NCBI GenBank assembly: GCA_003663115.1
Contig: QMZJ01000001.1
Span: 1 to 24,892, forward strand
Reading direction: 5' to 3'
DNA length: 24,892 bases
DNA from: Candidatus Altiarchaeales archaeon
GTDB lineage: Archaea > Altiarchaeota > Altiarchaeia > IMC4 > QMZM01
Positions 18,301-24,892 of this stretch are shown here, piece by piece. The position numbers and the translations under genes are program-made. Position 1 is the first letter of the stretch, and each line of letters starts with the position of its first letter. The notes below the pieces were generated by a model. The model was not told where the DNA came from, did not search any database, and was given only the letters and a program-made list of their open reading frames with translations.

Positions 18301-19380
18301 ATTAATAGATTAAATTACCAGGACGCCGAGAGATATAAGAAATTGATAAAAGCAATGAAGAGGGGTGGAGCTACTGAGAGGGAAGCCAGAATGTTAATTG
18401 GTGATGAACGGGTTGTTAGCAAGGACGATTTTGAGAACCTTAAAAAGAGGGCATCAGACTTCATAATCGCAAAGAAATTTGCTGATAGACACTATCCCGG
18501 GTTTACAAGGGAATTCTTCAAGCCCTTTAAGCCGAGCAGTACCATAAAAAAGGCAATAAAAAGGGGCAAGAAATACGGCGTGTCTGAGAGCAAGTTGGCG
18601 AGAATAGAAAAGTACTACGAGAGAGAAATGGCGAGAATAGAGAAAAAGTACGCTGTACCCAAGGGCGCAAAGTTGTCCAGGGAGAGATTGAGGGATCTCA
18701 GGAAAGAAAAGAAACTACTCATCGATAGGATAAATAAACAGATCAATAATGAGATAATAGAGAGTGGTGGCTTTTCCAGGCACCTGAGGAGAGTGGGCAA
18801 CAAATATCTGTTACTCGATAGTGAAATAAGGGACATAGATGATCACTTTAAAGCCACCAGGGCCAGAGAGATAAGTAGATTAGAGAGAGCTGAGGAGGGA
18901 GCTATGTTTAAACTCAGACCAGAGGAGAGGATCGAAAGAATGAATGAGATAAATGCAAAATCCCTTGTAAATACACACAGATCGATGGCCGAGATAGTTG
19001 GGGTCGAGGGCTATAATGAGATGACCGCGGAGGAGCATGCAGATTACGCCAAGCTCGGTTTGGCCCCTGAAGGGGGTGAAAAGGGAGAATTGCTATCTGA
19101 AGAAGAGATTAAAGAAGAGTCATTGAAGCATAGTGTTGATTTGGGTGGCAATCTTCATGCAAGAATGCTGCTCGAGGATTACATGGGTATTGGCCCCAGA
19201 CCGAGTGAGTTCTATCACGGAATAGGACCCGAAACTAAAGAAGAAAGAGAGAAAGAAAGAGAAAGAAAGGAGATGTCGCCTCTATATACAGCTGCGACAA
19301 CGGAGACGGAGACGCTTGCAGAGGCAGTGATTGAGGGCCTGGATGAACTGAAAAAATCAAAAAAGGAAAAATCAGAATGA
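15337..19380 (+). CDS. VirB6/CedA-like membrane protein, paralogue 3, with a highly charged helical C-terminal extension of about 1000 aa
   Basis: Core (MNPDINEFKP, STSPESRARAK, FPLTLFLYFFEFT, QPVQALML, APL..LMSWVGG) ends near 16395. The rest is R/K/E-rich coiled-coil/helical sequence. Confidence 0.72.
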   Translation: MQKLRITRRGKILIAVIALLLISGSVTAWQVCKYGSEEHGCSLDPRSWPGCIFGVFIDIGNCVMMFFISLMTEFILMNPDINEFKPFVNDIVSILFPIYVIAIIITGIYIIFLSTSPESRARAKLMLIRLIMGMAMVTTSLSIYELLLNLSEAIAGRILSGWILGGGGGGLAILATLVVVSVILFFISAWILPMLAVIALISIAARFFLVSLMAVLFPLTLFLYFFEFTRSIGQNMMRYTLMAIFTQPVQALMLVIMIIGLNNISTTGDILGKIVSLVMGIAGFLMVIFAPLLMLKLMSWVGGAVAGAGMILAYKRPWVGALLVSAGGIGAGMGPEAMAAGGAVYTLGLAYQRKFPSRRRLDRTRRLVRKGWERVTGKVREEAPVVGAWLGRRRYIGRPLTIAHKLGKEHVGRSIGKTYGILKNVKRRAGHTVRVVRKHWKFIGKSLFIPGYWIYGGSKFMVRRMGISIGSRLKAHRLNRHIENIRRASTRSEVWNELRKSGVDERGVRQRWSDWWKRREKFRERFEKAKRGRITAKRYIKDHKKKIREIDRKIKNLEKTGSIIKEEGGYGWRGRYNKIRDQIDKLKDRRDRLVGNLERHEKNYRKYKDEIKKLRVKIKKSEGMEGREIRRLKEKYPIKKEDADKLQDELYREFKKLRGEKYMDTATAKNRARDLVNRYIAENDFRVVEEGLREAGIDEKRITELGDRYDRRGLDRLKREAEESIKFKRAIEHDLDSATTFEEVEEINERLGDRGLSKEEFERLKEREMERREKEVEKIEKEEAKDWARRKVAREGISSEDEAWAIEEMREDGINPEKLSSKELNEEIRARVIEREAHHEAERIINEEMVVSDRFTEDVKNSLRANDAMERLKYARNPEEVKAIAREFGVSERDIHRIGAEYMAPEEGIERKPSATGRDLDTFKESAKKAIEEKKHQIENKLGTLDKIKRYGPHVGLALTIPGYVPYMAGRSLYGAMTTARSLIALQTINRLNYQDAERYKKLIKAMKRGGATEREARMLIGDERVVSKDDFENLKKRASDFIIAKKFADRHYPGFTREFFKPFKPSSTIKKAIKRGKKYGVSESKLARIEKYYEREMARIEKKYAVPKGAKLSRERLRDLRKEKKLLIDRINKQINNEIIESGGFSRHLRRVGNKYLLLDSEIRDIDDHFKATRAREISRLERAEEGAMFKLRPEERIERMNEINAKSLVNTHRSMAEIVGVEGYNEMTAEEHADYAKLGLAPEGGEKGELLSEEEIKEESLKHSVDLGGNLHARMLLEDYMGIGPRPSEFYHGIGPETKEEREKERERKEMSPLYTAATTETETLAEAVIEGLDELKKSKKEKSE

Positions 19381-20474
19381 AAAATAGATTAACAATAATC
19401 GGGATAATTGCAATAATGCTCCTGTCGGGAACTGGAGAGGTGTTTGCAGACTGCTGGAGTGACCCGGGACCTTGCATACTGCAAGCAATCATAGATTTTC
19501 TTCTTCCGGACCCCGGCGATGTCGCAAACGCTCTGAAGCCAATGATTCTCACAAATCCCGATCCGTCAGATGTTGCCCCCCTCATGAATTCTTACCTCGA
19601 CCTGTTGCACCCCATTTTTGTCCTGTCGATAATAATACTCGGTTTCTACCTTATCTTCATGTCCGGTTCCCCCGGCGGAAGGGCAGCAGCCAAGAACAGG
19701 TTCTGGAAACTTATATTGACTATGATCCTGGTTTCATTATCATTGGAAATATTCAAGATACTTCTTGGTATATCTGAGGGTATTACTGCAAAGGTACTTG
19801 GTGGCGTTACAGACGGTTCAATCGAGTTCAGTGCGATAGAGACCATTACGTTTGTACTCGTACAGTTGTTTCTTTGGTTTATATATATATGGATTCTGAT
19901 ATCTATCGGCCTGCGGTATATCCTGGTATTGATATGTGCCGCATTGTTTCCGATAACGATATTCCTCTACCTCTTTGAAATGCCGATCATAGGGGCCATG
20001 GGTAGGGAAATGGGTGCAAAGATGTGGAGATGGACACTCGCGGTGATATTTGCGCAGGTTATTCAGGGGGTTATGTTGGCTATAACTGTCATCTCCTTCG
20101 GCAATATAAACGAGGCGGCGGGCTGGGGCAAACTCGGAGCGGCTTTCATTGGCATTGCGGGCTTTGTATTGATCGCACTCGCGCCCCTGATGATGGTCGG
20201 GATTCTAAAATGGATCGGTGGTGCAATGATGGGGATAGGAATGGCTGTATCCCTTGCTAATCCTGCGCTGGGCTTTGCCATGACTGCTATGGGTGGGCTG
20301 ATGATGGGTCAGGGTCCCGCATCGGCATTGATGGCGGCCGGAGGGGCCGCCGGGATGGGTTTTGCTCTGAGGAAGGGCCAAGAAGCTGCTGGCTTGAGGA
20401 TGAAAGAAAAAATGAAAGAGATGGAGAGAAAACGACGACAAATGAGACTTGGTGATGATTTTAAAGATGAATAA
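19377..20474 (+). CDS. VirB6/CedA-like membrane protein, paralogue 4
   Basis: ATGA overlap with paralogue 3. TNPDPSDVAP, SGSPGGRAAAK, LVSLSLEIFKILLGISE, FPITIFLYLFE, APLMMVGILKWIGG. Short basic tail. Confidence 0.7.
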   Translation: MKNRLTIIGIIAIMLLSGTGEVFADCWSDPGPCILQAIIDFLLPDPGDVANALKPMILTNPDPSDVAPLMNSYLDLLHPIFVLSIIILGFYLIFMSGSPGGRAAAKNRFWKLILTMILVSLSLEIFKILLGISEGITAKVLGGVTDGSIEFSAIETITFVLVQLFLWFIYIWILISIGLRYILVLICAALFPITIFLYLFEMPIIGAMGREMGAKMWRWTLAVIFAQVIQGVMLAITVISFGNINEAAGWGKLGAAFIGIAGFVLIALAPLMMVGILKWIGGAMMGIGMAVSLANPALGFAMTAMGGLMMGQGPASALMAAGGAAGMGFALRKGQEAAGLRMKEKMKEMERKRRQMRLGDDFKDE

Positions 20475-21948
20475 GAAACTAAAAATTATATCAATAGTGG
20501 GTGTGTTACTCATCGGATCGATACCCGTATCGGCAGTTGGTTTAGAGGAGTTGATAGGTTGGGCATTGAGCTGGATTGAAGGTGTTATAAATAACTTCTT
20601 TAACGAGTTGCTTGGAAAGGTAATTGATCTACTTACATGGAACCCCGATATCACCATAGTCAAACCACTTATGGATGACTTTATTGAATTGGCCACCCCG
20701 CTCTATATAATCGCGTTTATACTTATCGGGATCTACTTCTTCTTCCTCTCCGAATCGCCCAAGGGGAGGGCGAGAGCGAGATCGGCACTGTTAAAATTAC
20801 TGCTCAGTCTGGCATTTGTGATAACTGCAACCACAATATATCAGTTTCTTCTGGACCTCTCCGAGTTATTGGTTAACTTCGTTATGAGTCTCGTGGAGAT
20901 AGACCTGAGCATAATCGGTATTTTAGCTCTGTATTCTGTTGCTCCCCTCTTTGCAATGGCAATAGGTTTTGTTCTCTTAACCCTATTGGCTTTTTTTACC
21001 TTGAGATACTTACTACTTCTGATTATGGCGGCAATATTCCCGTTAACGATATTCTTCTTTTTCTTTGAGTTTACTAAAGACTATGGTAGACAGATAATGA
21101 GATACACGCTCATGCTCATCTTCGTTCCGGTTCTTCAGGCGATCATCTTGGTATTTATAATAAGCACCATGAATACCATAGGAAGTGTAAGGGGCTGGGG
21201 TAATCTTGCAGGAATTGCGATAACGATAGGTGGATTTTTAATGATGATAGCAGCTCCATGGATGACCTTGGGGCTTTTAAAGTGGATCGGTGGTGTGCTT
21301 TCTTTTGCCGCTTTCACACAACTGGCGGCCGGCAGAATGAATCTTGCGGTTTTATTGTTCTTTAGCAGCGGTCTTATGATGGGTGAAGGTGCGGGAGCTG
21401 TCCCATTAGCCGCAACCTTCTGGTTTATCGGTCAATTGGAGCACAAAAGTGAGGAGGTAGGAGAGAGGTTATACAGAGCACGAAAGGAACGTATTAGACC
21501 CCGAGGACATGGTGGGGAGGAGGGACATGGAGAAGGTGGCAGGGGAGGAGTACGTGGAGAACCACATATAAGACCAAGAAAGCCGGGTGCCGTCGAGGCT
21601 GGAGGAATGACGCGAAGAGGCAAAACGAGGTTAGAAGATATAATACTGGCGGGCGATAGATTTATGGAGGAGGGTTATAGACTGAAGAATGAGGGGCGCC
21701 CGGGATACAAAGAGAAATTTAAAATAGCCAGAGATAGATATGAAAAAGCCATGGAACTCTCTGAGAGGGCTACAGAGGTGTTATCGGATCGCAAAAAGGC
21801 AGAGCTCTATGCCAAGATGGGTGAGGCATACGAGCAATTAGACCGTACAGATATAGCGAGGGATAGATATAAAGAAGCCATGAGATTGGATCCGAAAAAT
21901 CCCAAATACGCCGAAAGATTAGCGGATATACTCTCCAAGAGGGGATAA
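20467..21948 (+). CDS. VirB6/CedA-like membrane protein, paralogue 5, with C-terminal TPR
   Basis: ATG 20467 overlaps the previous stop. WNPDITIVKP, SESPKGRARAR, FPLTIFFFFFEFTK, AAPW..LLKWIGG. TPR AELYAKMGEAYEQLDRTDIARDRYKEAMRLDPKNP. Confidence 0.72.
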   Translation: MNKKLKIISIVGVLLIGSIPVSAVGLEELIGWALSWIEGVINNFFNELLGKVIDLLTWNPDITIVKPLMDDFIELATPLYIIAFILIGIYFFFLSESPKGRARARSALLKLLLSLAFVITATTIYQFLLDLSELLVNFVMSLVEIDLSIIGILALYSVAPLFAMAIGFVLLTLLAFFTLRYLLLLIMAAIFPLTIFFFFFEFTKDYGRQIMRYTLMLIFVPVLQAIILVFIISTMNTIGSVRGWGNLAGIAITIGGFLMMIAAPWMTLGLLKWIGGVLSFAAFTQLAAGRMNLAVLLFFSSGLMMGEGAGAVPLAATFWFIGQLEHKSEEVGERLYRARKERIRPRGHGGEEGHGEGGRGGVRGEPHIRPRKPGAVEAGGMTRRGKTRLEDIILAGDRFMEEGYRLKNEGRPGYKEKFKIARDRYEKAMELSERATEVLSDRKKAELYAKMGEAYEQLDRTDIARDRYKEAMRLDPKNPKYAERLADILSKRG

Positions 21949-22018
21949 CTTACCCAACTCTGACAACTCTCTTTAGGCCTGAAACTGCAAAATCGACATC
22001 TTGCACAGCTAAGGTATT

Positions 22019-22310
22019 CTAAGACCCCCCCTGAACTCTGTAGGCATAACCTCTTTCACCGCAGCCCGGCGCCTTGATCTTCAGGGCTTTGAATATCTCC
22101 TCAAGATCCCCGAGCTTGATCGGTCTCCAGATATAAAGCCCGCTCTTTTTATGGGGAGAAGTCGGTCTCTTCTTCCTTGTAGATCTTAATCCGGGTTCCA
22201 TCTATTATCAACTCTGGATTCAGATCGGTGGAGTCCTTCAGATGGAGTAATTCAATCGATTTACATTTTATTCTAAAAAGTGAGCATTTATCTACAGTGA
22301 AAACAGCCAT
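22019..22310 (-). pseudogene. Possible frameshifted small hypothetical gene
   Basis: A 53-aa ORF at 22310-22149 (MAVFTVDK...IKIYKEEETDFSP, preceded by GCAGG) overlaps the 60-aa ORF at 22201-22019. Removing one C from the C4 run near 22153-22156 fuses them into one ORF of about 96 aa. No family recognised. Confidence 0.3.
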
Positions 22311-22446
22311 CCTGCGAGAATGCCTAATTTTTTAGTATGTCGGCTTAGCAGGGGATAAGGGAGAAAATAGGCTCCCAGATACCAGTTAACAGAAATCCCA
22401 GAGAAATCAAGGGATGTGATTAAAAAACTAGAAATCGATATACCCA

Positions 22447-24489
22447 TTACGAAAAATGGTTAAAGTTACGGGTTAATTTCGCTATCCCCAGTTCAATTTC
22501 AATTAATCTTTCTTGATAGTCTTTCATTATAGCTTTATATATGTCTTCCCTTACTTTTCCCTGCCGATACCTCTCTTCAAGGATCTCAATCTTGTGTTCA
22601 AGTTCATCTTTCTCGTGTTGTAATTCCACTATATCCTTCTCTTCTTTGGCCGTTTTCCCTTCCTCAGTATCCTCTTCCCATTCGCCGGATACGATTCTCT
22701 TCACGGTTATATAATCTTGACCCTCTTCTTCATCTCTCTGTTTATCTTCAGGTTCTCTTTGCCCGAATTTCCTATTGAGTCTTGTTACTGTGTCAAAGAG
22801 ATCCTTATACAGTTCCTTTTCCCCACTTTCTTTGAGAAGTTTCTCAGCGGATATTGACCATGGAATCAATGTAGATTCCTGTTCCTCAATTGCCTTTAGA
22901 AAATCATCCATGGTGATACTTCTTTCAGATGACCCCGATACCGCTTTTTTCCAGGGGATACTGGCTGCATTATTGCAGATTTCATCGATATCCGCAGCGG
23001 AGTAACCCTCTGTTAATTCAGCCAGTTTCCTGAAGTCTACATCGGTAGATAATGGTCTTCCTCGTGTACAAATTTTTAGGATCTCAATTCTAGAGTCTAA
23101 ATCTGGTGGGGGGATAAAGATTTGTTTACTGAACCTTCCAGACCTTCGCAATGAAGGATCTAGGTCCCATGGTGTGTCTGTTGCTGCAATAACCAATACA
23201 TCCTCACTCAGTCTCTCCACCCCACTCATATCCATCAGAAATTGATTCAATATCCTCTTCTTAGAACCCTCAAGTAAACCCTTGCGACTGCAAAGAGCAT
23301 CGATCTCATCAAAGAATATTATTGCCGGTGCATTTTTGCTGGCGCGTTCAAAAACGCTATGAATTCTCTCCGCTCCATCACCCTTTCCGTTCATAATGTC
23401 GCTGATATTCACATTGAAAAAAGACACACCACACTCGGTGACAGTAGCTCTTGCGATGTGCGTCTTTCCACATCCAGGAGGACCATACAGTAATATCCCC
23501 CCTCCCGCTTTCCTCTTGAATTTCTTAGATAGATCGGGGTGTAGGAATGGATATATTATTGCCTCTGTGATCTCCTTTTTTGCATTTTCTAATCCACCCA
23601 CATCCGAAAATGATATTGTTGACTTTTCAATGGGGATCGAATCCCCAGTATCAAATTCGGTGCCCAATGATATCGGTTTTAATTTAACTTCGGTTTCGTA
23701 GTTTCTCTTTACCTTCGGACTATTTTTGGGACATAGTGGAAAATATGAAACGGTCTCGGCATCCTTCCTTCCAACATGTTCGCATACCAGATAAGGCATA
23801 TACGTTATCTCTTCAAGCAGCACATCACAGTTAAATAGATACCTAATCACCCTCCCAATCTTCTCCAGAGAATATTCAATGCTATCTCTATCATATGAAT
23901 CATCGATCGTATCTACCACCTCTAAAAAAGAGGACAGATCGTATCGTTTATCTTCAAACTTTGGCAGATAACATGGGGATCTAACCCAATATCTTTCAAT
24001 CTCCCGTTCATCCATCGCAATTCTCAGTATGTTAAGTATCTTGTTATCCCTCGGTTCATAAACCGTAACAACACCACGTCTCACAAGCTCAAGTACGGTA
24101 TCTTGATCCAGTTCGTCATACTGTACACTGCCCCTATCCAGTATATAACTCAGGGTATTTAGCATCTGGGGCGTAAAGTCAATTACTCTCCTCAAAAGAT
24201 CTATTTTCTCTACCCGCGGTTTCGCGTGAAGAATTCCCACACAATGCGCGTAATACAGGTTTCCATGAGAGAGGTCAACATAAAGATGATTCCTTTTTAT
24301 ACGAGCCGTTGCCCTCTTGAACAAGATACCTTTATCAAAACCCTCTGTCTTTATGATTTCTAGTCTACCCAATGGCATGTATCTCTTATACAATTTCACA
24401 TTTGGATTATCCGAAGAGAATTTTATGATATTCTTCTCAAATTCTGCTGAAATTGCAAATGACGATGTATTTACCTTACTGATCTTCAT
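22447..24489 (-). CDS. Single-domain AAA+ ATPase (Vps4/CdvC/CDC48-related) with long N-terminal region and C-terminal coiled coil
   Basis: SFSDVGGLENAKKEITEAIIYP, Walker A GPPGCGKT, Walker B IIFFDEID, AATDTPWDLDPSLRRSGRFSKQIFIPPPD, lid TEGYSAADI, ITMDDFLKAI. ATG at 24489 (alternative GTG at 24498). Confidence 0.9.
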   Translation of the reverse strand: MKISKVNTSSFAISAEFEKNIIKFSSDNPNVKLYKRYMPLGRLEIIKTEGFDKGILFKRATARIKRNHLYVDLSHGNLYYAHCVGILHAKPRVEKIDLLRRVIDFTPQMLNTLSYILDRGSVQYDELDQDTVLELVRRGVVTVYEPRDNKILNILRIAMDEREIERYWVRSPCYLPKFEDKRYDLSSFLEVVDTIDDSYDRDSIEYSLEKIGRVIRYLFNCDVLLEEITYMPYLVCEHVGRKDAETVSYFPLCPKNSPKVKRNYETEVKLKPISLGTEFDTGDSIPIEKSTISFSDVGGLENAKKEITEAIIYPFLHPDLSKKFKRKAGGGILLYGPPGCGKTHIARATVTECGVSFFNVNISDIMNGKGDGAERIHSVFERASKNAPAIIFFDEIDALCSRKGLLEGSKKRILNQFLMDMSGVERLSEDVLVIAATDTPWDLDPSLRRSGRFSKQIFIPPPDLDSRIEILKICTRGRPLSTDVDFRKLAELTEGYSAADIDEICNNAASIPWKKAVSGSSERSITMDDFLKAIEEQESTLIPWSISAEKLLKESGEKELYKDLFDTVTRLNRKFGQREPEDKQRDEEEGQDYITVKRIVSGEWEEDTEEGKTAKEEKDIVELQHEKDELEHKIEILEERYRQGKVREDIYKAIMKDYQERLIEIELGIAKLTRNFNHFS

Positions 24490-24509
24490 TACAAACACGC
24501 AAGGATACG

Positions 24510-24789
24510 GTAAATTGCTTTGTAATTTACGTACAGCGAACGAGGCTCGCTTGTACGGTAACCCTTAGGTCGCAGAGGAATTCCAGTATTTTCCCACCTT
24601 GCGTTTGCACCTCCTTTTTTTGTTTTTTAGACATATAGTTTTGGGTTCAATTCCACCTTTGTGGAGTTGTTGCTTTTTTGTTTGATTATTTCTCGATGTT
24701 ATCTATTCTGTGATACAGGGTGTGCAAAATCCCCGCACACCGAAAAGCATGAAGTGGCGGATAGATAACAACTCATATGACACCGCTAC
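24510..24789. other. Hairpin-rich intergenic region
   Basis: Inverted repeats GTAAATT/AATTTAC (24510/24524), CGTACAGCGA/TCGC(T)TGTACG (24530/24547), GTTATCTAT/ATAGATAAC (24698/24761), GGTGTGC/GCACACC (24719/24735), GTGGCGG/CCGCTAC (24754/24783). Confidence 0.5.
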
Positions 24790-24892
24790 AAGAGATAATA
24801 CGATTGATAATAAATAAATCCATCGTTCCGGGACAGGGGCGAAGGAAAGGGAGAGAGGCCACGGCTTTGTTAATAGTCAGGATAACAGAAGA

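Noticed and set aside
12655-21948. Conjugative element, ICE or DGR interpretation of the array
   Set aside because: No relaxase, integrase, coupling protein, reverse transcriptase, att sites or adenine-specific TR/VR pair is visible in the window.
259-24568. Numerous antisense or alternate-frame ORFs in the track (e.g. 1018-1329, 10302-10886, 14157-14582, 17145-17726, 23396-23701)
   Set aside because: They overlap well-supported genes, have no motifs, and mirror the codon bias of the real strand.
24641-24657. GGTTCAATTCC tRNA T-loop consensus at 24644-24654
   Set aside because: Only 2 bp of T-stem can form and the upstream sequence is T-rich with no D-arm, anticodon arm or acceptor stem, so this is not a tRNA.
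24570-24892. RNase P RNA-like words (GAGGAATTCC at about 24575; ACAGAA at the window end)
   Set aside because: The intervening sequence has long T-runs and lacks the other conserved RNase P regions. A cmsearch would settle it.
24777-24892. Open frame MTPLQEIIRLIINK... running off the window on +, with an antisense open frame on -
   Set aside because: Too short and truncated; no recognisable motif or RBS, and the strand cannot be decided.

Overview
The window looks archaeal: TATA-like promoters, TIGR04275-type beta-propeller, DUF483-like protein and DPANN/CPR-style Hxs genes. A lineage such as Altiarchaeota/DPANN is an inference only. It has four blocks. (1) 13-9067 is a His-Xaa-Ser (Hxs)-type radical-SAM RiPP locus: two HxsD-like proteins, intact HxsB, and a putative precursor whose core has no H-x-S but carries HxN/HxxS motifs. 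It continues with two surface proteins, a DUF483-like protein and an Fe3+/thiamine-class ABC transporter, and ends in a frameshifted, internally deleted HxsC-like radical-SAM remnant. (2) 9093-12587 is a 1164-aa secreted Cys/Asp-rich protein (MopE-type repeats, an internal VirB2/T4SS-pilin-like TM hairpin, two PKD domains, Cys-rich tip). (3) 12655-21948 is a tandem array of five paralogous VirB6/CedA-like polytopic membrane proteins sharing a core but with unrelated charged C-tails (one about 1000 aa, one TPR), with patches of identical DNA between copies. (4) 22019-24892 holds a convergent single-domain AAA+ ATPase with atypical pore-loop/sensor-1, a possible frameshifted small gene and a hairpin-rich intergenic region. 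Best candidate for an undescribed system: blocks 2+3, an archaeal pilin/VirB6-derived cell-contact or secretion apparatus with diversified paralogues. All family calls come from motif recognition; no searches were run.
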